From positions 510,001 through 542,000 of the forward strand of contig AP024486.1 in NCBI GenBank assembly GCA_021654395.1: a DNA stretch of 32,000 nucleotides. Reading direction: 5' to 3'. The position numbers and the translations under genes were made by a program. Shown piece after piece: positions 18,449 through 27,432 of the stretch. The notes beneath the pieces were generated by a model. The model worked only from the letters and a program-made list of their open reading frames with translations. It was not told the origin of the DNA and ran no database searches. The first letter of the stretch is position 1. Each line of letters begins with the position of its first letter. This stretch comes from Candidatus Saccharimonadota bacterium (GTDB lineage Archaea; Micrarchaeota; Micrarchaeia; Micrarchaeales; Micrarchaeaceae).

Positions 18449-19183
18449 TTATCTATGATGTCTTTTAAGTATATTGTATGGAAATGTATCTAAATTTGTT
18501 AAAAACCAGTATGTAGTTAAGAGCTTATCAAGTTCATCTATATTACTGAACCGATCTCTCATACATTTAAAGAACTCTCTATTATGTGCTTTTATCTTAA
18601 TATGTAAAACCTCATGATATACAACATACTTAAGAAGCTCCTTTGGAATGAATGCTAGTCTTATATTAAAGCTTAGACTTCCCTTTGAGGAGCAGCTACC
18701 CCATCTTGTCCTCTGATTCCTTATATAGATCTTATTGTATCTAACAGATAGCTCGTTAGAATATATGTTGCATATAGCATTTAAAGCCTTAAGTAGCTCT
18801 TTCCTTATAAATCTGTAGAATAGCGTTAGATGCTTTTTATTATATTGATCTATATATATAGTATTAAGCAGATGATTTACAAAGAAGCTTTCTGAATGCT
18901 CTATCTTAAACTCTTTACCAAAGAGCATTATGCTACTGTTTGCCCTATATCTCTCTGCGATTGCTTTAGCCTCATTAATCTGATCCAAAGTTCTAACTAT
19001 CCATCTAGAATGCTTATTTATTATTTTAATTTCATCCTTAGCTCTATATGGTAATACTATAACTAGCTCTCCATTAGTAAGATCTATTCTAGCATATCTG
19101 ACTTTTCTTCTTAATACTTTATATCTTACTAATCTATTCTCTATATAAGCGCTTTTTATAACAGATCTATCATCAAGATTCAT
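18449..19183 (-). CDS. YgjP/DUF45-family (M48/WLM-like) zinc metallohydrolase
   Basis: RWGSCS followed by LKYVVYHEVLHIKIKAHNREF (HExxH) is the typical DUF45 core. Confidence 0.7.
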   Translation of the reverse strand: MNLDDRSVIKSAYIENRLVRYKVLRRKVRYARIDLTNGELVIVLPYRAKDEIKIINKHSRWIVRTLDQINEAKAIAERYRANSSIMLFGKEFKIEHSESFFVNHLLNTIYIDQYNKKHLTLFYRFIRKELLKALNAICNIYSNELSVRYNKIYIRNQRTRWGSCSSKGSLSFNIRLAFIPKELLKYVVYHEVLHIKIKAHNREFFKCMRDRFSNIDELDKLLTTYWFLTNLDTFPYNILKRHHR

Positions 19184-19379
19184 AAGTATTATAGTTTAAT
19201 AGAGATTAAAATAATTAAAACTCTTTTAAGCTACCGCTGCATTAGCTACTTATATATTATAGTTCCTTAAGCTTATATCTTTATAAATTTATAGTATTAG
19301 ATTACTGAAAAATACAAGCTAATACAAAACTTCAATTAATCTTAACAAAGATTTTTATGCTAATAGTTTAATATTATTC

Positions 19380-20204
19380 TTGTATAATATGAACCCAAGC
19401 TACACACTTGATAAAGATATAATTGGTAAACTATCTAGTATAAAGTATCTCTTCTTTGATATTGAAGGAACATTAACTCCGGATAAGGATATAGAGATAC
19501 CTAAAGAGAAAAGAGCTATAATAAAACAGCTAACCGAATCAAAGAGGAGTATAAAGTTTGGTATACTTACTGGTAGAGATCTGAGCTTTGCAATGCAGTT
19601 CTCTGATATTATAAGAGAGGGAATAATACTATGTGAGTCAGGAGCCATAATATATAATATAGAAGATAAGAATAAGATCAACATAATAGATAGAGCTAAG
19701 CTAAGTATAATCAAGATGATAGAAAAAGATCTAGACAGCTTTGTTAATAGTATTGGCGGAAGTAAGGAGTATAAAGATACGATGCTTACATACGATCCTC
19801 CTAAAGGAGTTAGTGCAAGTGAACTTGAAAGAGAGATAGTATCATTCTTAAGCGAGCTGAGCAGTGCTAAAGGAGCAGATCTGCTAAAGGGCATAAGTAT
19901 AACACATTCGCAATCTGCAGTAGACATAACCGTAGAGGACTTGAATAAAGGCATAGGTCTAAGAAGATGGGCAGAGCTCTATTCTGTTAATCTGGAAGAT
20001 GTAGGGTTTATCGGAGATGGTGCTAACGATATAGAAGCATGTAAGCTTCTGTGTAGAGCTAATGGCTTATTTTTAGCACCAAAGAATCTATCAATAGAGC
20101 TAAAGAGTGCTATAGAGTCATTGCAGAAAGAGCATAAGAATGCCTTTATTATACCTTATGAATCTACAGATGCAGTTATAGCGGTACTTTATAATCTGCC
20201 TTAA
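19380..20204 (+). CDS. HAD-superfamily phosphatase (Cof/IIB-like)
   Basis: Motif I is LFFDIEGTLT, with Glu where the second Asp normally sits. Also present are ILTGRD and motif IV GDGANDIEA. The true start is probably ATG 19389 rather than TTG 19380. Confidence 0.75.
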   Translation: MYNMNPSYTLDKDIIGKLSSIKYLFFDIEGTLTPDKDIEIPKEKRAIIKQLTESKRSIKFGILTGRDLSFAMQFSDIIREGIILCESGAIIYNIEDKNKINIIDRAKLSIIKMIEKDLDSFVNSIGGSKEYKDTMLTYDPPKGVSASELEREIVSFLSELSSAKGADLLKGISITHSQSAVDITVEDLNKGIGLRRWAELYSVNLEDVGFIGDGANDIEACKLLCRANGLFLAPKNLSIELKSAIESLQKEHKNAFIIPYESTDAVIAVLYNLP

Positions 20205-20412
20205 TTATGATAGCAAGATCTTAAATATATAAATCTATCTTGTAAAAATACTAATTCTTAAATAATGTAATTAGTGAGATCTAGATTTAATGATCTGGCT
20301 CTTCTATATAGATGTATACATAATAGTTGAGAAGCTGTTTAAGAATATTAAAAAAGCCCGGCTCTAATCTATAAGTAAGATCTTTAAGGTATTGTAGTCT
20401 AATAAAGTATAT

Positions 20413-21048
20413 ATGTATAATTACTTCACTTCAGAAGAGTTTATAGAAGCATCAACATTATTAATATCTTTACTCTCACTTGCCCTTGCTATAGTAATAA
20501 CAGTCAGATATATTAAATTCAGATCTAAAAGCTTATTCTTCTGGTCTCTAGGTCTATGGGCATTCACTGCTTCTGCCTTTGAAGAAGTTATATTTGCATT
20601 AGGCTTATATTCAGAGCTTTTAATAGACATATATCTTTTCTTAGTGGCTATGGTAGTAGAGCTACTGGCTATGGGGTCTATAAACCTGATCAGATCTAAT
20701 AGATCTATAAGACTTTATTATATATACTCTATAATAGCCGATATGCTACTTTTTTATTCATTATACATATCAAAGGTCGGAAATATAATAGAGAATTATA
20801 TAGTTTATGGCTCATTGCCGCTATCTGTTGTTATTACCTCTTCTATAATTACATTTCCTGCAGCTGTAATAATAGCAGCAATAGCTGCCTTAAGCTATAA
20901 AAGAGATCATAATAAAAAGCTATTAAGCATAATAGCGGGAGTTATAGTAGTCTCTATTGCTGGAACCTTGTACATAGCTCAGTTCCCAGCGTTTCTATAT
21001 TATGCAGAGTTTATTGGAATATTACTGCTATGGATAGGCTTTATATAA
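20413..21048 (+). CDS. Integral membrane protein (211 aa, about 6-7 TM), function unknown
   Basis: Hydrophobic throughout. It lies 44 nt upstream of cydA on the same strand. Confidence 0.55.
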   Translation: MYNYFTSEEFIEASTLLISLLSLALAIVITVRYIKFRSKSLFFWSLGLWAFTASAFEEVIFALGLYSELLIDIYLFLVAMVVELLAMGSINLIRSNRSIRLYYIYSIIADMLLFYSLYISKVGNIIENYIVYGSLPLSVVITSSIITFPAAVIIAAIAALSYKRDHNKKLLSIIAGVIVVSIAGTLYIAQFPAFLYYAEFIGILLLWIGFI

Positions 21049-21092
21049 AATATTTAATAATTTTTTGTATATATTAATATATATTATTACTG

Positions 21093-22445
21093 ATGAGATT
21101 CATGTCAGTACTGTTTTATGATAGATTTGCTACGGCATTTTCTTTAGCATTTCATATAATCTTTGCTTCTATTGGTATTGCACTACCAGCAATAATAGCA
21201 ATAGCAGAGTATAACTATATAAAGAGAAAAGATATATACTATAGAGCATTAGCCAATAGGCTCTCTATAGCTTTAGCAATACTGTTTGCGATAGGAACTG
21301 CTTCTGGAACACTTGTAGCTATAGATCTATTGGCGCTCTGGCCTAAATTTATGTCATTAGTTGGAGAGGTAGCTATACTACCTCTGTTTACCGAAGTCTT
21401 TGCCTTCTTTGGAGAGTCTATACTATTAGGAACTTATCTTTATCTTAGAGATAGAATTAAGAGCGACACTATAAGATTCCTACTTATAAGCGGGGTAGCG
21501 TTCTTTGCAGCGTCTTCTGGAGTATTAATAACTATGATAAATGCATTTATGAATACTCCTGTTGGATTCAACATAGATGCATATCTACAAAGTAACACAA
21601 TAGAAGCTGTAAATCCTTTAGCTGCTTTTGATACTCCATCCACACCTATAGAAGAGTTTCATGTTATATCTACTGCTTATCTATCTGGTTCAATAATATT
21701 TCTTGCATACTTTGCCTTTATGCTGAATAAGAACAGAATGGATAAGATTAAGAAGCAGTATTATATTAGGGGTGTTAAGATTGCTTTTGGAGTAGCCTTT
21801 ATATCGCTAATACTTGCTGTTATAAGTGGAGTTCTCTCTATAGAGATGCTTTATCATCTACAGCCAGAGAAGTATGCAGCATTTGAGTTAGACATCTACT
21901 CTCAAGCAGATGCACCAGAGGTTATATTCGGTTATTATAATGCAGCGACAAACTCGATAAAAGACGCTATAATAATTCCTGGCTTGCAGAGTATATTGGC
22001 TAATGGTTCAGTATCCGCTGTAGTTCCTGGATTAGATCAATTTCCTAAAGATACATGGCCTCCTCTGTTTGTTCATGATCTATTCGATGCGATGGTTATT
22101 ATAGGATTTACTTTAGCATCTATATATATACTTGCCTTATTACTAATTGTATTAAAGAAGATTTCTATAGATAGTAAGGCAATGATGTATATCTCAATAA
22201 TATCAGCAGCTCTAGTTGTATCTCTATTAGAGATGGGCTGGGTTGCAGCAGAGGTTGGCAGGCAGCCTTGGATAATATATAACGTTATGACAGTAAATCA
22301 GGCAGCAAATTATTCCAGTAGTGTAATACCTATAGCTATAGCAATAGTTGTAATATATGCTATACTGCTGCCTTTTACTATATACATCTTAAAAAGAGTA
22401 TTTAGCTCGAGGCCCATAGAGAAGTATATAGGTGAATATAGATGA
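21093..22445 (+). CDS. cydA: Cytochrome bd-type quinol oxidase subunit I
   Basis: N-terminal FH heme-ligand context, FTEVFAFFGES, HVISTAY and GWVAAEVGRQPW motifs are present. 450 aa, short Q-loop type. Confidence 0.88.
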   Translation: MRFMSVLFYDRFATAFSLAFHIIFASIGIALPAIIAIAEYNYIKRKDIYYRALANRLSIALAILFAIGTASGTLVAIDLLALWPKFMSLVGEVAILPLFTEVFAFFGESILLGTYLYLRDRIKSDTIRFLLISGVAFFAASSGVLITMINAFMNTPVGFNIDAYLQSNTIEAVNPLAAFDTPSTPIEEFHVISTAYLSGSIIFLAYFAFMLNKNRMDKIKKQYYIRGVKIAFGVAFISLILAVISGVLSIEMLYHLQPEKYAAFELDIYSQADAPEVIFGYYNAATNSIKDAIIIPGLQSILANGSVSAVVPGLDQFPKDTWPPLFVHDLFDAMVIIGFTLASIYILALLLIVLKKISIDSKAMMYISIISAALVVSLLEMGWVAAEVGRQPWIIYNVMTVNQAANYSSSVIPIAIAIVVIYAILLPFTIYILKRVFSSRPIEKYIGEYR

Positions 22446-23380
22446 ATACCCTAATACTAATTAACTATCTGGTTTTTGCATTATTTCTTACTGCATTTAT
22501 GATAGAGATTGGTGTTGCTCTACTGCTATTAATAGATTATAAGAGAAAAGATAAGCTTCTAAGATATCTCATGCCGATATGGGCTGCAGATGGCACATTT
22601 GGGATATTCTATGTTGTTGATCTAGAAGCAACTTACCCATCTGCAGTTCCATTAATAGGTAAGCTATATGCAACTTTTCTTCTTATAGCTGGACTAATAT
22701 TTATATTTAGAAATGCATTTATAGAATATGCAGAGTATATAAGTAGGAGATCATCTAAGAGGGCTTATCATATAGTCTATATATCTGCTACAGCTATAGT
22801 TACTTTTATCGCGTTATCATTATTAGCATCTACAATAAGTGGCATTGGAGTAGATCTTAATAGTCAGAGTATAGATTCTTATGCCTTGATCTTTAATCCT
22901 TTTAGTATACTGCTATTTATCTCTGGTGCACTCGCTTCATTCTTTATAGCATCTACGATATTTAACTTTGGTAAGGTTAAATTAAAAGCAGCATCCATAG
23001 CTCTTTCTATATTGCTTATACTGATAGGCTTTTATCTATATGCTTATAACATATATAAATCACTTATAAGCAATCCATTATTACTAATTCTGCCTATATC
23101 TATTATTATACTCTCTATAGCTATGCAAGCTAGTAAGATAAGAGCTTACTCAAAGTATATAGCTATATTAAGCCTATTTATATCGATCCTTTCTATAGAG
23201 ATAGCAGAGTATCCTTATATATTTAATGGCAGTATAGACTTAAACTCTATAGTAATAGCAGGATCTGAAGCCTACTATCTAACAATATTCTTTGCTGGTG
23301 GTATAATTCTGCTAGCAGCTTTATTAACCATAATGCTGTACTTTGGTTTAATATCAAGGCAAGTTAAGTTAAAAGCTTAA
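22442..23380 (+). CDS. cydB: Cytochrome bd-type quinol oxidase subunit II
   Basis: 312-aa polytopic membrane ORF overlapping the cydA stop by 4 nt. Assigned by position and topology; the sequence is divergent. Confidence 0.7.
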   Translation: MNTLILINYLVFALFLTAFMIEIGVALLLLIDYKRKDKLLRYLMPIWAADGTFGIFYVVDLEATYPSAVPLIGKLYATFLLIAGLIFIFRNAFIEYAEYISRRSSKRAYHIVYISATAIVTFIALSLLASTISGIGVDLNSQSIDSYALIFNPFSILLFISGALASFFIASTIFNFGKVKLKAASIALSILLILIGFYLYAYNIYKSLISNPLLLILPISIIILSIAMQASKIRAYSKYIAILSLFISILSIEIAEYPYIFNGSIDLNSIVIAGSEAYYLTIFFAGGIILLAALLTIMLYFGLISRQVKLKA

Positions 23381-23510
23381 GATACTTGTCTAAATCTAAT
23401 TAAAGCTATATTATAGATAGAGTTTAACTATATCTATCTTGAATAATCGCCTAATAAAGATATTGATTAATAAGTAAGTGTTTAATATGTAAGCATTTTA
23501 AAGATAGTAT

Positions 23511-24323
23511 ATGGCAAGAAGAAGATCTAAACGAAAGATGCCGCCTTTACATGAGGGGCCTCTAGAGAGATTAGAAGAGGGCGGCAAGGTAGAGGATGGT
23601 GTATTAACGCAGTATAGGGCAAGAATACTAGCTAAGTTTATAGCTAAAGGAGAGATAGATAAGATAGAGTTCAAGCTCGCAAGAGGTAAGGAGAGCGATA
23701 TCTTTGTAGTAAAGAAGGGTCCGAGTATAGATATTGAAGATGAATACTTAATAATAAAGGCTTATAGAATAGAGAGATCTGAGTTCTTTAAGAGCATAAG
23801 GCAGTATATAGTATCTGATCCAAGGTTCTCTGTTGTTAAAAGCAGATATAGACTAATAGATATGTGGTGTAAGAAGGAGTATGGTAATCTAAAGGTCGCT
23901 GAAGTAGCTGGCATATACGCACCTAAGCCATTTGCAGCAAGGGGTAACTTCTTATTAATGCAGTATATACATGATGATAATATGGATCCTGCACCCCAGC
24001 TAAAGGACTATAGATTAAGTAAGCCAGATGAGACATTTAATATAATAATCGATCAGATAAAGAAGTTAGTAAGAGCACAGCTAGTCCATGCAGACCTAAG
24101 CCCATACAATATAATAATTAAGAAGGATTATAATAAGGAGCTTCCGTACTTTATAGATTTCGGCCAGGCAGTCAGTATACAGCACCTAAGAGCCTTAGAG
24201 TTTCTCAATAGAGATATAGATAATATATACAGCTACTTTGTTCACGAGTATAAGATAGATCTAGATATAGATAAGATCAAGAATGATATAGATAAGATAT
24301 TTATAGAGGAGTTAAACGCTTAG
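23511..24323 (+). CDS. rio1: RIO-type serine/threonine protein kinase (Rio1-like)
   Basis: LARGKESDIFVV (nucleotide loop), LVHADLSPYNIII (catalytic loop) and IDFGQAV (metal-binding loop) are present. Confidence 0.85.
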   Translation: MARRRSKRKMPPLHEGPLERLEEGGKVEDGVLTQYRARILAKFIAKGEIDKIEFKLARGKESDIFVVKKGPSIDIEDEYLIIKAYRIERSEFFKSIRQYIVSDPRFSVVKSRYRLIDMWCKKEYGNLKVAEVAGIYAPKPFAARGNFLLMQYIHDDNMDPAPQLKDYRLSKPDETFNIIIDQIKKLVRAQLVHADLSPYNIIIKKDYNKELPYFIDFGQAVSIQHLRALEFLNRDIDNIYSYFVHEYKIDLDIDKIKNDIDKIFIEELNA

Positions 24324-25462
24324 CTATTAGTTAAGCTGCTTATATCGATTACCTCTATACTGTTAAATGCTCTCTCAACTGCAGCATCAAGGTCTATAGA
24401 TCTCTCTATATCGAGTATCTTCTCTATGTGACTTCTGGTTGCAGCATGCTTATAGTAAAATACGCAAACGTCCTTATACTTTTCAATAGATAGCTCGTAA
24501 GTTCCTATCTCTCTTGCCATCTTTATTATCTCTTCTTTGTTTAGACCTATCAAAGGCCTTATTATAAGTCTATCTATTCCGTACTCTGTAGTCCTTAAGT
24601 TGCTAATTGTCTGAGAAGAGACTTGCGATATACTTTCACCAGTTACTAAAGATTCAATTTTATATCTTTCAGCTATTCTATCAGCTAGCTTATACAGGAA
24701 TCTTTTAAATAGCAGCGTCTCGTACTTGCGCTCCTTCAATAAAAGTACAGACCTCTGAAAATCCTTAAAGCTAGCCAGGAATAGTCTCCCTCTATTATTA
24801 TATCTACTAAGATGCTTCATTAGCTTAAAGATCTTTGTATCAACTATATAATCGCTAGACGGAAATGCATGTACATGCAGATAGTTTATCTTTAAGCCCT
24901 TCTTTATTGCCATATAAGAGGCTACTGGTGAGTCTATACCTCCAGAGAAGAGCACCAATGCACTTCCATTAGAGTCTGGGGGGAATCCTCCTATTCCAAG
25001 TATCCTATTTGGAGTTATATAAGTAAGATCTTTCATAACCCTAATCTTCATTACATTACTAGAGCCTTTATCTATCCTGTCTCTTGCTTTTGAGTAGATT
25101 GCATCATATATATCCTTTGAGGTAAATGGTATACTCTTCTCAGATCTAGAGATATTAAGTCTAAATCGCTCATTGCTGCTATTAATGTAATCTAAAGCAG
25201 TTTTCACTATAGCATCTAGATCTGTTTTTACTTCTAATGATCTGCCTAGCCAGCTTATTCCTGGTATATATCTTAGTCTCTCAATTACATCAGAGGGCTT
25301 ATCTGTTTTAACTATTACTCTGTCATAAAGTAGCTCAGCATATGCTATATCCTTTGTAAGTTCAAATATCTTATTAAATAGCTTTCTCTTATAGTAATCG
25401 CGCTTCTTTTCAGTCTTAGTCCAGAACTCTGCAAAATGAACAGATACAGTTTCATTATACAT
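24320..25462 (-). CDS. thiI: tRNA sulfurtransferase ThiI (4-thiouridine / thiamine sulfur relay), THUMP + PP-loop
   Basis: PP-loop LFSGGIDSPVA is present, with an N-terminal ferredoxin-like/THUMP-sized region. 380 aa, no rhodanese domain. Confidence 0.85.
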   Translation of the reverse strand: MYNETVSVHFAEFWTKTEKKRDYYKRKLFNKIFELTKDIAYAELLYDRVIVKTDKPSDVIERLRYIPGISWLGRSLEVKTDLDAIVKTALDYINSSNERFRLNISRSEKSIPFTSKDIYDAIYSKARDRIDKGSSNVMKIRVMKDLTYITPNRILGIGGFPPDSNGSALVLFSGGIDSPVASYMAIKKGLKINYLHVHAFPSSDYIVDTKIFKLMKHLSRYNNRGRLFLASFKDFQRSVLLLKERKYETLLFKRFLYKLADRIAERYKIESLVTGESISQVSSQTISNLRTTEYGIDRLIIRPLIGLNKEEIIKMAREIGTYELSIEKYKDVCVFYYKHAATRSHIEKILDIERSIDLDAAVERAFNSIEVIDISSLTNS

Positions 25463-25521
25463 AATTAAATAATTAATCTGCTAGCTCCTTTTATATATTT
25501 ATCTGAATAAATCATATATTT

Positions 25522-26106
25522 ATGGATAGCTTCTATACTTATAAACAAAGAGCTATTGAAAGGATAGAAAGAGATAGAGAGATAGGCTATCTGGATCCAG
25601 ATATATATGATCTACTTAAGAAGATTATAGAGCATGATAAGCTATATCCACAGAGCAGCTGCTCTGGTAGAATAATAATGGTTAATGGTAGATATCAATG
25701 GAAGAGATCAGAGTCAAATGTTATATATAAACACCACTTCTATATAAGATCTTTTAATATAAAAAACTTTTTATATAATGATCTTATTAAGGACTTATGG
25801 CTTATAGCTCAAGGGCCTATCATGCATATATATACTTACGATTACGATTCTGCATTTAAGCTTATAGAGTCTGTTAGAAAGATAGGATATAAGCATAGCG
25901 GAATATTTATAAAGAATGAAAAGGGCGTATTAGTAGAGATACAGACAGGTATAAGAAGCTCTATATTGCTTAAAGCAGATGGAAGAGTAGTTATAAACGA
26001 ATTCGAAATAGAGAATATTACTAATGTGGCTAATGATATATTGAATAAAGCTAAATTAAAGTTAAAAGAACTTTATGATATGTTTAACAGTGCTAAATTT
26101 ATATGA
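25522..26106 (+). CDS. taw3: tRNA wyosine-derivative methyltransferase Taw3 (TYW3 family)
   Basis: The hallmark SSCSGRI motif is present, with N-terminal LDPDI...L context. 194 aa. Confidence 0.8.
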   Translation: MDSFYTYKQRAIERIERDREIGYLDPDIYDLLKKIIEHDKLYPQSSCSGRIIMVNGRYQWKRSESNVIYKHHFYIRSFNIKNFLYNDLIKDLWLIAQGPIMHIYTYDYDSAFKLIESVRKIGYKHSGIFIKNEKGVLVEIQTGIRSSILLKADGRVVINEFEIENITNVANDILNKAKLKLKELYDMFNSAKFI

Positions 26107-26210
26107 AATATTATAGTAGAGTAAAATCTAATGCATAGCAAGTTTTATAAATCTACGCTTGCATATAATGAAAAGCTTTATTAATCATTATAATCTCTTT
26201 TCTTAAGTAT

Positions 26211-27077
26211 ATGAACATAGATAAAGATTTAGAACGCAGTTATATTGGGAAATCTGTAGAAATTACAGCTTCAGAAATCAATGATTCTATTATAGGAGAT
26301 AATACTAAGCTAAATAACTCAAAAGTTAAAGGCAGCAATATAGGGAGAGGTGTAATTATAGAAAACTACGATATAAAAAACTCTATTATAGGTGATGGCA
26401 CATCAGTATCTTCTAAAATTACACCCATTACTCCTTTAACTATAGGAAATTGCATTATAGGAAAAAACGTCAAAATAGAAGACATTAGCTTTAAAGATTC
26501 TATTATAGGAGATAACGTAACTGTTGAACAAGATAAAAGCAGGCATTATTGTTTTATACCAACAATCAAGTCGTTAGTAATAGCAGAGAACTCGCATTAT
26601 AAGGTATCACTTACAAGATATGATTCAATACAAGATGGAGATACTGTATTTACGCTATCAGGAGATGAAATGATAAATGTAAATAAAGGTGATAATTACA
26701 AAAGACTTTTAAATGAAGTGAGAAGAATTATTAAAGGAGAAAGAGTGAAAGATCCTCTAGATGTTTTAACTAAAGTTCTTGATTATTTAGGCAGCTTATT
26801 TGAAGTAGATGAAAAAGCTAAATCATCTAATATAGAAGAATGCATAGATAAAAGAAGATGTTCGCCTTTTGCATTCGCCTTGATCGCTTCATTATTATTC
26901 AACGAGATAACAGACCAAGAAAGCAATATAATACTTCATAAAAGGGAAGGTTACAGCATAGTTATTAAGTATAGGAATAAATCTTATTATATCTCTACTA
27001 AAGGTAAAGCGTATATTCCGCAAATTTTCGAAATGCCAGACTTTCTTTGTCTTGAAGATAATATAGAAGTGGTGTAA
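26211..27077 (+). CDS. Beta-helix (hexapeptide-like) repeat protein with a Cys-containing C-terminal domain (288 aa)
   Basis: Repeats occur about every 17-18 residues: NDSIIGDNTKL, GSNIGRGVII, KNSIIGDGTSV, GNCIIGKNVKI, KDSIIGDNVTV. The C-terminal KRRCSPFAFALIASLL...H is loosely reminiscent of a transglutaminase-like Cys-helix. It is a paralog of the 27433..29348 gene. Confidence 0.55.
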   Translation: MNIDKDLERSYIGKSVEITASEINDSIIGDNTKLNNSKVKGSNIGRGVIIENYDIKNSIIGDGTSVSSKITPITPLTIGNCIIGKNVKIEDISFKDSIIGDNVTVEQDKSRHYCFIPTIKSLVIAENSHYKVSLTRYDSIQDGDTVFTLSGDEMINVNKGDNYKRLLNEVRRIIKGERVKDPLDVLTKVLDYLGSLFEVDEKAKSSNIEECIDKRRCSPFAFALIASLLFNEITDQESNIILHKREGYSIVIKYRNKSYYISTKGKAYIPQIFEMPDFLCLEDNIEVV

Positions 27078-27204
27078 TATTTAGACCATATTCTAAAGGT
27101 TCTAAAATTATTAGTGTTAATAGAGTATTTGAAGCTATGACTTATTACGGGTTAAGAGAATAAAAAGCAATACGATCTAGATTTAACTTTTAATTAATCT
27201 TTTA

Positions 27205-27345
27205 TGTTTTATGGCTTCTATGGAGCTTTAACTATAGATTACATGAGTTTATCTTTCTTACACAACTTCTTGCAAGGTTCAGCAATCTCTTTATCTTTGT
27301 AGTGCATCCGCATATCTCACAGATAATACAAAGCTCAAAAGAGCT
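27205..27345 (-). pseudogene. Decayed duplicate of the small Cys-rich gene at 30710..30898
   Basis: DNA aligns by eye with 30725-30870. For example, catatctcacagataata matches catatctcgcagtagta, and ggcttctatggag matches tgcttctatagag. Translation gives CEIC in one frame, MHYKDKEIAEPCKKLCKK in another and SCNL* back in the first, so it needs two frame changes. Confidence 0.6.
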
Positions 27346-27432
27346 TTATAATACTTTAGATAGATCAGAATATTAAGATATTAAAAAGATATCTTTTGTA
27401 TATAGATAGTTTATAATCTATGCGAATCTAAA

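Noticed and set aside
19400-19954. 184-aa minus-strand ORF opposite the HAD phosphatase
   Set aside because: The plus-strand frame carries all the HAD motifs. The antisense product is S/L/I-rich and low in complexity.
20279-20291. 13-mer gatctagatttaa shared by the intergenic regions at about 20279 and about 27175
   Set aside because: Given the AT-rich composition and the window size, many 13-mer coincidences are expected. There is no extended similarity on either side.
26129-26170. Imperfect hairpin atgcatagc...gcttgcat upstream of the 288-aa gene, considered as an operator
   Set aside because: The stem is only about 8 bp with a bulge, and it lies in AT-rich DNA. This is not distinguishable from chance without comparative data.
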